A stretch of 64,000 nucleotides of DNA from assembly GCA_902520595.1 (NCBI GenBank), contig CABYOM010000002.1, positions 434 to 64,433 on the forward strand, given 5' to 3'. A model generated the notes under the pieces. The model had not been told where the DNA came from, did not search any database, and was given only the letters and a program-made list of their open reading frames with translations. This DNA is from an uncultured Candidatus Poseidoniales archaeon. GTDB lineage: Archaea; Thermoplasmatota; Poseidoniia; Poseidoniales; Poseidoniaceae. This document shows, one piece after another, positions 1 through 8,946 of this stretch. How positions within the stretch are numbered: the first letter of the stretch is position 1; each line of letters starts with the position of its first letter. Made by a program: the position numbers and the translations under genes.

Positions 1-505
1 CAGAGCAAATGGGACAGCAGTCAGAATTATGAAAAAACGAGGCGCTGATCAATCAATAATCGGGACTCTGAAGGTCGTTTCTGCAGTCGTTTTCTTTCCT
101 TTGTGGTGGATTGTGGCCTCTTCGGCATTGACCTGGATGCTGCTCTCCAGTGCAAGTCCCGTGAATGAATTTCTACAATTGCACTGGCTTTTGGCAATGC
201 TGACGGAATTGCCATTTGTGTTGGTTTTTGCGCTCCTCTTTATTTGGTGGCCCACTTCCGCGAAACTTCACTTGCGATTATACGCTCGCCTGATTGTAAA
301 ATCACGCCAACTACAGCGCTGGAAGGCTTGGAAAGATGATGAGCATAACTGGGATGAATTGGTTCAACGGCAACGTTTGCTCGCAGGTCGATTGGTTGGA
401 CTTGGCGGGGATCTGATTTTACCCGGTGATCCAGATTGGATCGACCCTCCAGCAGGTAAAGATGATGTTGAATCGGTCAAAAAACGGCAAGTGTCGACTG
501 TTTGA
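1..505 (+). CDS. 3' part of a membrane protein, truncated at the window start; possibly the C-terminal region of an acyltransferase-like protein
   Basis: Frame is open from position 2; two hydrophobic helices (VVSAVVFFPLWWIVA, PFVLVFALLFIWWP). Function is a weak guess. Confidence 0.5.
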   Translation, partial: RANGTAVRIMKKRGADQSIIGTLKVVSAVVFFPLWWIVASSALTWMLLSSASPVNEFLQLHWLLAMLTELPFVLVFALLFIWWPTSAKLHLRLYARLIVKSRQLQRWKAWKDDEHNWDELVQRQRLLAGRLVGLGGDLILPGDPDWIDPPAGKDDVESVKKRQVSTV

Positions 506-590
506 TTCATTCGAGAGGCGCATTCCAGCTTCAACAAGAATACCCTATGTTGATATGCAGGCATCAACACGTCGCCTACGGCGACCGGTC

Positions 591-1193
591 ATGGTAGGCA
601 AAGAACACATCGAAATGATACCTGCTCCAGACAATCAAATCTGGTCTGCAGAAGTGAATGGAACACCCGTTGAAGTGTTGGCTCCATCTAATGCAATTCT
701 TCTCGATGTTTTACGTGATAAAGTAGGCACTCTTGGTGTTAAACGAGGGTGCGATCTCGGCACATGCGGATGTTGTACAGTTATGATTGATGGGCAACCT
801 CGCCTTTCTTGCTTATGCCTTGCAGGCCAAGTTGATGGGACCGATATCACAACTGTTGAAGGATTGGCAAATGGTGCGCACCTCGCCCCTATACAGGCTT
901 GCTTTGGAGAATATGGTGGCTCACAATGCGGTTTCTGCACCCCGGGGTTTCTCATTAGCGCTCAAGCATTATTGAATGAAAACGACTCGCCAACCGATCA
1001 AGATATCGCTTGTGCTATCGACGGAAATCTTTGCCGTTGCACTGGCTATCAGCAAATTATTGATTCTATACAAGGTGCTGCGGCAATCCATCGCGGAGAA
1101 GTCGAAGCCCGTGCACCTGCTAGCGACCCACATCCAGACCCTCATCCAGAAGGTCCCGAAGAACCCAATATGCCTCCAGGTCATGCACGGTGA
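591..1193 (+). CDS. 2x[2Fe-2S] small subunit of a xanthine-oxidase-family molybdoenzyme (HcrC/CoxS-like)
   Basis: GCDLGTCGCCTV, QCGFCTPG and GNLCRCTGY motifs; start placed at ATG 591 (the ORF track extends to 426). Confidence 0.92.
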   Translation: MVGKEHIEMIPAPDNQIWSAEVNGTPVEVLAPSNAILLDVLRDKVGTLGVKRGCDLGTCGCCTVMIDGQPRLSCLCLAGQVDGTDITTVEGLANGAHLAPIQACFGEYGGSQCGFCTPGFLISAQALLNENDSPTDQDIACAIDGNLCRCTGYQQIIDSIQGAAAIHRGEVEARAPASDPHPDPHPEGPEEPNMPPGHAR

Positions 1194-1197
1194 TCAC

Positions 1198-4002
1198 ATG
1201 TCTGGAGGATATCGTCAACAACCGGGTGGTGCGGGTGGCACGACGCGTAAAGACGGTAAGCGCGTTGCTGGTAAGCAAGCATTCCCTCCACCAGGTTCAG
1301 GTGGCTCACGGCCAAATATGGAACCCAGAGATCTCGATTATATCCCTGAATCTGTCGGTGGAAAAGAACCACAACCAGCCGGTTCACACATTCACGACCG
1401 TGCTCGAACAGGAACCACCGTCGGTAAAGAAATGCCACTGGTTGATTCCAATGCCAAAGTGACTGGCCAAGCATGGTATGGAGACGATGTCCGCTTGCCG
1501 AACGAAGTCATCGGCAAGATTTTACGTTCCCCACATCACTATGCTCGAATCAAATCCATTGATACATCTCGAGTAGAAGCACTTCCTGGTGTTCTGGCAG
1601 TTGCAACAGGTGCAGATTCTCCGCATCGATTCGGTGTATTGCCCGTTACCAAAGACGAGCATGCGATGGCAGTTGAGAAAGTGCGCCACGTCGGCGATTT
1701 AGTGGCATGTGTTGCAGCTATCGATGAATCAACAGCACTGGAAGCTCTCAATTTATTTGACGTTGAATGGGAAATACTTGAACCTGTATTTGACCCTAAA
1801 AAAGGCCTGGAAGACTCTGACGAACCAATTCACTGGAGAGGCAAGTATCACTTGGCAAGGACCAATGTTCAAAAGCGAGTTTTCCAAGAATTTGGAGACC
1901 GCTCACTGGTCGAAAAACCGCATGCTGAATCGCATGGCAAATGGAAGATGGCTGGCGTTCATCACGGATTTACAGAACCGCATGCAGTTGTTGCACACTG
2001 GGACCCAAATGGTCGTTTACAACTGTATACTCCTCAACAAGTCCCTCATTACACCCATCGTGCTCTATCGACAGTACTCGATGTTCCAATGCACCAAATC
2101 AACGTTATTCGTACCTTCGTCGGCGGAGGTTTTGGTGGCAAATCTGACCCGTTCCCCCATGAAATGTGTGCTGCCATACTCTCAAGAAAATCTGGAAAAC
2201 CTGTCCGTATTACCTTTGACAGAGAAGAAGTGTACTGGATTAATCGTGGAAGACATCCAAGCCATATCGAAGTCAAAATGACCGCTGATGAAGATGCTCG
2301 GATTTCAGGATTTGATATCGATGCGCTCATCGATGGTGGAGGATTTGCATCTTTTGGACACGTCACTTCGTATTACAACGGAGTTTTGGCTACTGCTCCT
2401 TACGAATTGGGCTCGTTCCACTATACAGGTGCTCGAGTTTGGACCAATAAACCTGCATCGGGAGCCATGCGTGGTCATGGTGCAGTCAATACCAGGTGTG
2501 CTGTTGAAGTTGGTTTAGATGAAATGGCAGAAACAATGCAAGTTGATCCGATTGATTTGCGTCTCGCCAATCTGCTTCCTCCACACAGCAGGACCATCAG
2601 TGGTTTTAGAATCACTTCAAACGGAATGCGAGAAGCCCTCGAGAAAGTCCGAGAAGGTTCAAACTGGGACGAGAAATTCCGTCAGTTGCCACTCGGCAAA
2701 GGCATTGGTATCGGTTGTGGATTCTTCATCTCAGGCTCAGGATTGCCGATTCACTGGGACCCAAATCGATTCCCTCATGCAACGGTACATATGCAAGTGG
2801 ACATGGATGGCGGAGTGACTGTACATACCGGTGCCGCTGATATCGGACAAGGATCGACAACTGCAGTTGCGCAAGTCGTTTCAGAAGTACTTGCCCTCCC
2901 CATAGAAATGATTCATGTCCGCAGCCATGAAAGCGACACTTCCCCCGTCGACTTGGGCTCTTACTCAAGTCGTGTAACATTCATGAATGCAAATGCTGCC
3001 ATTCGTGCCGCTTTGGAAATACGTGAACGACTGCTCAATGCTGCATGGGACATTCTTGGTTATCACCCAGATAACTTGGTATTAAATGACCGTCGTATTT
3101 ACTACAAGCACGATCCTGCCATCGGAGTCTCTTATCTTAAGGCACTTCACAAAGCGCAAGAAGACAAGGGTGCATTGATTTCGAGCGGTGCTTATCGTTC
3201 TCCACCAATGGGTGGCGTTCACAAAGGTGCTGCGGCCGGATTAGCTCCGGCATACTCGTTTTCTTCATATGTGGCCGAAGTCGATGTTGATGTCGAAACT
3301 GGAATGATTAAGTGTACCAATGTTTGGGCAGCCCACGATTGTGGAAAAGCACTCAATCCTTTGGCAGTCAAAGGTCAAATTATTGGTTCTTGTCACATGG
3401 GGCTGGGTCAAGTTTTGTCTGAAAAGATGGTCTACGGCCGTACTGGACATTTGCAAAATCCAAACCTTCTCGAATACAAAATACCTTCAGTGTACGAAAT
3501 GCCAAATGTTGAACCTATCATTATTGAATCGTGTGATCCAGAGGGTCCATTCGGTGCAAAGGAAGCAGGTGAGGGACCCTTGCTCCCGATTCTTCCAGCA
3601 GTGGTTAATGCTGTTTATGATGCGATTGGAATCCGATTAAGAGACCTACCTCTCACTCCAGATGTTGTTTTCAAAGGAATTGAAAAGACCCTCAAGCGGT
3701 CTGATTTCGATGACCCAACCGATCTCCCTTCGCCACGCCTTACGCACAGTGCATTACAATCGAAGTTGGTCGCACGTGCTAAGGAACATAAAATCCGAGA
3801 TAAAGCACGTCAACGAACGGAAGATACCAGCCCTTATGTCAACGGCGTATTGTTTGGCTTCGATCCAAATCTACCTCTTGAAGACCAAGTTGAAGGTTGG
3901 CGCACTGCAACTGAACCGGATCCAGAACAACTTGCTGAACTCGGACTCGCTGGTCGTGCTTGGTTGAAGAAAGAACAACGACAAATGGGAGGTGAACAGT
4001 GA
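1198..4002 (+). CDS. Molybdopterin-binding large subunit, 4-hydroxybenzoyl-CoA reductase alpha (HcrA)-like
   Basis: LRSPHHYARI, GGGFGGK, AMRGHG, GQGSTT, GSYSSR and GAKEAGEG motifs; GGTGA RBS before ATG 1198. Confidence 0.9.
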   Translation: MSGGYRQQPGGAGGTTRKDGKRVAGKQAFPPPGSGGSRPNMEPRDLDYIPESVGGKEPQPAGSHIHDRARTGTTVGKEMPLVDSNAKVTGQAWYGDDVRLPNEVIGKILRSPHHYARIKSIDTSRVEALPGVLAVATGADSPHRFGVLPVTKDEHAMAVEKVRHVGDLVACVAAIDESTALEALNLFDVEWEILEPVFDPKKGLEDSDEPIHWRGKYHLARTNVQKRVFQEFGDRSLVEKPHAESHGKWKMAGVHHGFTEPHAVVAHWDPNGRLQLYTPQQVPHYTHRALSTVLDVPMHQINVIRTFVGGGFGGKSDPFPHEMCAAILSRKSGKPVRITFDREEVYWINRGRHPSHIEVKMTADEDARISGFDIDALIDGGGFASFGHVTSYYNGVLATAPYELGSFHYTGARVWTNKPASGAMRGHGAVNTRCAVEVGLDEMAETMQVDPIDLRLANLLPPHSRTISGFRITSNGMREALEKVREGSNWDEKFRQLPLGKGIGIGCGFFISGSGLPIHWDPNRFPHATVHMQVDMDGGVTVHTGAADIGQGSTTAVAQVVSEVLALPIEMIHVRSHESDTSPVDLGSYSSRVTFMNANAAIRAALEIRERLLNAAWDILGYHPDNLVLNDRRIYYKHDPAIGVSYLKALHKAQEDKGALISSGAYRSPPMGGVHKGAAAGLAPAYSFSSYVAEVDVDVETGMIKCTNVWAAHDCGKALNPLAVKGQIIGSCHMGLGQVLSEKMVYGRTGHLQNPNLLEYKIPSVYEMPNVEPIIIESCDPEGPFGAKEAGEGPLLPILPAVVNAVYDAIGIRLRDLPLTPDVVFKGIEKTLKRSDFDDPTDLPSPRLTHSALQSKLVARAKEHKIRDKARQRTEDTSPYVNGVLFGFDPNLPLEDQVEGWRTATEPDPEQLAELGLAGRAWLKKEQRQMGGEQ

Positions 4003-4979
4003 TGCTCATGCCTCCATTTACACTCCATAATCCGAAAACGGTGGAAGAAGCCTGTGAACTTGCTGGCATGTTGCTGGAAAAAGGTGAAGAATTTGATTGG
4101 GTCGCCGGAGGAACAGACTTACTTCCAAATTACAAGTGGCACATCAATCCAAAACCGCATGTTATTTCACTTGCCAAAATCGATGGCACCGATACCCTTT
4201 CGATGCACGAGATTGGATGTATGGCTCGTCTTGTTGACTTAACAGCAGAGAATGGCATCCATCCGTTAATAGTTGAGGCTGCGAGTAAAGTGGCCTCCTC
4301 ACTCGTTCGAAGGAATGCGACAATAGGAGGTAATCTCTGCCTCGATACTCGCTGCTTCTGGTATAACCAAGGTGAAGACTGGCGCCGTTCTATAGATTGG
4401 TGCCACAAGGCAGACTGTGGAACTGGTGCAGATTGCCGAGTAATTCCAAATCAGAACACATTGTGTGTAGCAACGTATCAAGGCGATATTGCTCCAACAT
4501 TGATGGTTCTTGATGCAGAGGTTCATCTCATCGGGCCACAAGGGTTGCGGATTCTCCCCCTTTCAGAGTTTTACCAACTTGATGGGATGACGAAGAATGT
4601 TCTACAAAAAGGAGAATTCCTTCTCAAAATCACTCTTTCTAAAGAAAGCGCAAAGCGAACAGGCTCCTATCAGAAACTGCGTGTTCGTGACTCTTGGGAT
4701 TTCCCAGAGGCGGGTGTTGCAGCCTCTTGGATAGAAGGTGATATATCAACGCTTCAAATCGCAACGACTGCGCTCGAATCAATTCCTCGATGCCACCCCG
4801 AGGAAGTCGCTGCTATACTTGAACATGGCTGGAATGGAATGGATTCTGTCAAAGCCCTTGCTTTGAGTGTTCGTAAGGTCATCAAACCAGTTAACAATAC
4901 GTCTCTCCCTCCAAGATATCGTAAATCAATGGTCCGTGTTCTCACGAAGAGAGCGGTCGAAAAAATACTCGAGAAGTGA
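3999..4979 (+). CDS. FAD-binding medium subunit with a [4Fe-4S] insertion (HcrB-like)
   Basis: AGGTDLLP and RNATIGGNLC motifs, then Cys-rich CLDTRCFWYNQ...CHKADC...CRV...CVATYQGD; GTGA overlap with the upstream gene. Confidence 0.9.
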   Translation: MMLMPPFTLHNPKTVEEACELAGMLLEKGEEFDWVAGGTDLLPNYKWHINPKPHVISLAKIDGTDTLSMHEIGCMARLVDLTAENGIHPLIVEAASKVASSLVRRNATIGGNLCLDTRCFWYNQGEDWRRSIDWCHKADCGTGADCRVIPNQNTLCVATYQGDIAPTLMVLDAEVHLIGPQGLRILPLSEFYQLDGMTKNVLQKGEFLLKITLSKESAKRTGSYQKLRVRDSWDFPEAGVAASWIEGDISTLQIATTALESIPRCHPEEVAAILEHGWNGMDSVKALALSVRKVIKPVNNTSLPPRYRKSMVRVLTKRAVEKILEK

Positions 4980-4983
4980 TCCT

Positions 4984-5949
4984 ATGAAGCAGAATAAACT
5001 GGTTTTTGTGTTGACATTCCTCTTGACTGCATCTGTTTTGAGTACAATTCCTGTAGATGCTCAAACTCCTATTGATGGTCAATCCTGGACTCTTGGATGG
5101 GCGACTGATATGGATTCAACATATATTGTGGAAATGGATCTCGACTGGGATGCGGAAGGAGAAATTATTGCTTATGTCGAAAATAATCGAATGGCCCAAC
5201 TTGAATTAGATTTGTCGTATGAGTTCGACAGTTGGGTACCGTTCTCGTTCAGTGGACCTGAGACCATCACTGTTTCTGGTAGTGGTAACGACACATTCAC
5301 TGTTAAATTCTCATCAATTGACGATGATGATACTCGAGAATACAGTCCTGATAACTCTTCTACATTGACGATAACAGCTGAAGAGAAGGTCGGTGATACA
5401 TCTGCGAGTACGCAAGAAATCGAAGGTGATGTTAGCGTTCCTCGAGTTTTTGATTTACGCCCATCGGTAACACTTCCTGATGAAAACCTTCACGCAGGTT
5501 CGTGGATTGATCTGTCAACACAATTGGTCAACAACGGCAATGCACGCGATGCTGTGAAGGAGGCCAGCGTACAATTTCGTAGTTGCCCTCACCTCTCGAT
5601 GACCGGTCTGGATGAACTGACCAATACTCTGGTCGATACAACGGATGCTCAAAATGGCAAAGATGTCTATGCTACGCTTCGACTCGAGGCCTCTGATAGC
5701 CAACCAAATCGTGTCTGTGAGGTCACCATCTCACTCACATCAGAAGGCGATGATGCTTCTCGAAGCGTGACTTTTGAACTTGAAGTCATGGCAGTAGAAG
5801 CCAGTGATTCACCACAAGATTCACCTCAAACAAATGATGATGAAGGTAGCAGCAGCCTTTCAGAAGAATCAAACTCCTTGCCATGGGTTGGCGGCATTGA
5901 ACTTCTCATGCTTATTGGCCTTGCTTCGCTTCGAAAACATTTCAATTGA
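4984..5949 (+). CDS. Secreted acidic surface protein with a C-terminal membrane anchor (choice-of-anchor-like)
   Basis: Signal peptide MKQNKLVFVLTFLL...VDAQ; beta-rich acidic body; Ser/Asp linker then LPWVGGIELLMLIGLASLRK tail. Confidence 0.7.
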   Translation: MKQNKLVFVLTFLLTASVLSTIPVDAQTPIDGQSWTLGWATDMDSTYIVEMDLDWDAEGEIIAYVENNRMAQLELDLSYEFDSWVPFSFSGPETITVSGSGNDTFTVKFSSIDDDDTREYSPDNSSTLTITAEEKVGDTSASTQEIEGDVSVPRVFDLRPSVTLPDENLHAGSWIDLSTQLVNNGNARDAVKEASVQFRSCPHLSMTGLDELTNTLVDTTDAQNGKDVYATLRLEASDSQPNRVCEVTISLTSEGDDASRSVTFELEVMAVEASDSPQDSPQTNDDEGSSSLSEESNSLPWVGGIELLMLIGLASLRKHFN

Positions 5950-5959
5950 AAGAACCTCA

Positions 5960-5974
5960 TTTTTTTGTTATTTT
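5960..5974 (+). terminator. Probable archaeal oligo-T terminator
   Basis: TTTTTTTGTTATTTT about 10 nt after the stop of the last gene of the cluster. Confidence 0.4.
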
Positions 5975-6137
5975 CGGTGTTTTCCGGCCATAATGCAGTT
6001 ATCGAATAGTTTTGTAGATTTTCAATTTTCGTCTCTTATTAACCTGCGTCTCCAAATCATGCATGAACAAGCATTAAGTGTGGAGCGAGGTTCCGACGGT
6101 TGTTATACTGTTCAAGAGTACGGCAAGCGAACTAGGG

Positions 6138-7727
6138 GTGAGATATTTGGCAGACGAGGAATCGACAAAAATATCCGTCGAAACTTGGCTTAAAGTTGGC
6201 CTCGTATCTTCTCTCTTTCTCTCAGTAATCGTCATCAGTATCGTCAGTTGGGACAAGACAACTGTTCTTTCCCCCTACAACAATGCTGCTGATGAATATT
6301 CAATGCAGCAATTAACCGAGATGCGGAATGTGGTCGAAGCAAGTGACTACAGTATTGCGAACACCATGTCAACTCCTATGCTTGTCAACGACTGGAACGA
6401 TCCTCACCGAACAATGCTCATTATTGCCGGTCCTGAGAAACCATTCGATGCGGCTGAAGCATCCGCACTTCACGACTTTGTTACCAAAAAAGGCGGTAAG
6501 GTCATTCTTGCAGCAAGTTCAACCAATGCACAATTAGTTGCATCAGAATTTGGAGTCAAATATTTTGACGCACCTGTCTATGACGACCAACGCTACTACG
6601 AAGTTGAAGATGACCTTGGCGTGCTTCAACCTGCAGACTATCGTCGATTGTGGTCTGCTGCGAGTGTTAGCGAAAACATCAGCGAAATGGGAGATGAGAG
6701 ACTGATTCCATGTTCTCAAGCCAATATCGCTATCGCCCAGGTAGAAAACTGTCGAATGCCAGTTCTTTTCCACCGACCAACTGCAATTCAAGTTCTCGAT
6801 GAACAATCTGATTCTGACCGCGACATCAGCATTCTCGCTGCAGCATCAACATCTGCCCGTGTTGCCAAGTTCCCTGATAACATCGACAGCGACCAAAACC
6901 CAACATTGGGGGAGGGCATGACAGGACTCATTATTCGAATTGATTATCCAGTTTCAGACGTGTTGGACAGAAAACCAAACAACGATTATGGCGAAATTGA
7001 TGTGACTGGCTCAATCGTGTTTGTATCAGACCACTCCGTTCTTGCGAACCACTTGTGGGATGCGGACCTTGCTGAAGAAAACGGTTACCTTCAATGCACA
7101 TCACCTGCTTATGTTGAAAATGGCCACAACTGTTGGGATACTGACCCAGATGGACTTTCTGCAGCTCAGGGTGATACAACTTGGAACGGTAACAGTCAAT
7201 ACTTCTCTGCGCTAATGTATGACATGATGGAATTTGACAATCAAGAATTGTCCACAACCATTACCCGTTCTCCTTCTGAGTTTTACATCGTATTCGACGA
7301 AAGTCGTCACGTTTCCAGTGCACTGACCTCTCCATTCACTGAAGCAATGGGCGCTATCGTTCTACTTACCAGCGACGTCGTTCTCAAGTGGCTTATCATC
7401 TTGAATCTCTTCGCCCTTCTTGCTATTGCAATCATGGTCGTGCCTGAAAAAGAGAATTGGCGGCACGTCTTTGATTTGACTCGATTTAGAGAACGTCCAT
7501 CGAAGTTAGACCCTTCCCAATACCAACTGCGAACCCGTGAAGCATTGCTTTCCAAGGTTCGACAGTTCAATGACCTTACGCGTGATGAGTTCATGCGTAA
7601 ATCCCCAGCGGAGATCATGCAAATGGTCCGAGATCCGCGCTTGGTTGAGCTGATTAGTTCAACCCGTTCCTACTCCAACGAAGAACTACGGGAGATAATC
7701 CCGCAAATTCGACGTTGGGGAAATTGA
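6138..7727 (+). CDS. DUF4350-like membrane-anchored protein
   Basis: N-terminal TM, LIIAGPEKPF...FVTKKGGKVILA, GSIVFVSDHSVLAN and IVFDESRH motifs, C-terminal TM; precedes moxR. Start uncertain (6078 or 6138). Confidence 0.7.
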   Translation: MRYLADEESTKISVETWLKVGLVSSLFLSVIVISIVSWDKTTVLSPYNNAADEYSMQQLTEMRNVVEASDYSIANTMSTPMLVNDWNDPHRTMLIIAGPEKPFDAAEASALHDFVTKKGGKVILAASSTNAQLVASEFGVKYFDAPVYDDQRYYEVEDDLGVLQPADYRRLWSAASVSENISEMGDERLIPCSQANIAIAQVENCRMPVLFHRPTAIQVLDEQSDSDRDISILAAASTSARVAKFPDNIDSDQNPTLGEGMTGLIIRIDYPVSDVLDRKPNNDYGEIDVTGSIVFVSDHSVLANHLWDADLAEENGYLQCTSPAYVENGHNCWDTDPDGLSAAQGDTTWNGNSQYFSALMYDMMEFDNQELSTTITRSPSEFYIVFDESRHVSSALTSPFTEAMGAIVLLTSDVVLKWLIILNLFALLAIAIMVVPEKENWRHVFDLTRFRERPSKLDPSQYQLRTREALLSKVRQFNDLTRDEFMRKSPAEIMQMVRDPRLVELISSTRSYSNEELREIIPQIRRWGN

Positions 7728-7746
7728 TAATTGGAGGAAAATAGAC

Positions 7747-8922
7747 ATGCAACCCCCCGCCCCACCAGCAGCCCCGCCCGCGCCAGCGCCAGCAGCGCCT
7801 GTGGCCCCAGCAGCACCTGCAATGCCTGCACCAGCAGCGCCAATGCCTGCGGCACCTATGCCAGCAGCACCAGCGCCTATGCCAGCAGCACCTGCAATGC
7901 CAGCACCGGCCCCAGCACCTGTAGCACCGGCCGCTCCGGCCCAGCCGAAGCACCAGACCAGCCCAGAAAACAAAGAGAAGTTGAAGGCCGTCGGTTCGAT
8001 TGCAAGCGCAATCAGTGCCGAAGTCCAGAAAGTAATTATTGGTAAAGCACACGTTATCGATAATGTTCTTATCAACATCCTTTCCAACGGTAACCTTCTG
8101 TTCGAAGATTACCCAGGTCTGGCGAAGACATTGATGACCAACACCTTTGCCGATGCACTCGGTTGTGATTTCAAGCGTGTACAATTTACGCCTGACTTGC
8201 TCCCTGCTGACATCACAGGTACCAACATCTATGACGCTAAGAAAGGTGAATTTACGTTCAAGCCAGGACCTTTGTTCTGTAACCTTCTTCTTGCTGACGA
8301 AATTAACCGTGCTCCTCCGAAGACCCAAGCAGCTTTGCTTGAGGCTATGCAAGAGAAGCAAGTTACCATCGGTACTGTGACGCACAAACTCCCTGCACCG
8401 TTTATCGTTATGGCAACTCAAAACCCTGTCGAACAAGAAGGTACTTACCCACTACCAGAAGCACAACTTGACCGTTTCATGTTCAAGATGTCCGTCGGAT
8501 ATCCTGACCGTGCTGATGAAGACGAGATTCTCTCCCGTCGTATTTCTCGTGGAAAAGACGCAGTCGAAGTCGAAGTCATCACCAGCCCTGAAATGGTGAT
8601 CAACATGCAACAAGCATGTGAATTCGTTTACGTTGACCCTGCTCTACGAATGTATATGGTCGAAGTTGTTTCCCGAACTCGAGAAGATCCTCGTGTTTTG
8701 GTCGGCGCTTCTCCTCGTGGTTCCCAAGCATTGCTCAAGACCTCCCGTGCAGCAGCAGCTCTGCGTGGTCGTGATTTCGTCACACCTGATGACATCAAAG
8801 CAATCGCTGAACTGGCACTTGCTCACCGAATTATTCTCAAGCCTGAACATCAAATTAAGGGCCTTGAGGCTGGTGAAGTTATCCAGACTATTCTTCGAGA
8901 AGTTCCAGTACCTACAGTTTGA
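7747..8922 (+). CDS. moxR: MoxR-family AAA+ ATPase with a Pro/Ala-rich N-terminal extension
   Basis: EDYPGLAKT, RVQFTPDLLPADITG, DEINRAPPKTQAALLEAMQE, ATQNPVEQEGTYPLPEAQLDRF. Confidence 0.95.
   Translation: MQPPAPPAAPPAPAPAAPVAPAAPAMPAPAAPMPAAPMPAAPAPMPAAPAMPAPAPAPVAPAAPAQPKHQTSPENKEKLKAVGSIASAISAEVQKVIIGKAHVIDNVLINILSNGNLLFEDYPGLAKTLMTNTFADALGCDFKRVQFTPDLLPADITGTNIYDAKKGEFTFKPGPLFCNLLLADEINRAPPKTQAALLEAMQEKQVTIGTVTHKLPAPFIVMATQNPVEQEGTYPLPEAQLDRFMFKMSVGYPDRADEDEILSRRISRGKDAVEVEVITSPEMVINMQQACEFVYVDPALRMYMVEVVSRTREDPRVLVGASPRGSQALLKTSRAAAALRGRDFVTPDDIKAIAELALAHRIILKPEHQIKGLEAGEVIQTILREVPVPTV
7753..7945 (+). repeat. Low-complexity coding repeat (PAAPA/PMPAAP units; CCAGCA/GCACCT-rich)
   Basis: About 64 codons that are almost all P/A/M; locally GC-rich. 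Confidence 0.85.
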
Positions 8923-8946
8923 TTGTAATACATTACTGATTTTGAG

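Noticed and set aside
591-4979. Aerobic CO dehydrogenase (coxSLM) call
   Set aside because: The active-site loop is AMRGHG, not AYxCSFR, and the medium subunit has an HcrB-type Fe-S insert.
7753-7945. CRISPR or non-coding tandem repeat
   Set aside because: No repeat-spacer structure; it is an in-frame coding low-complexity region.
7654-8436. Gly/Ala- or Cys/Arg/Trp-rich antisense and alternate-frame ORFs
   Set aside because: Shadows of the Pro/Ala repeat in moxR.
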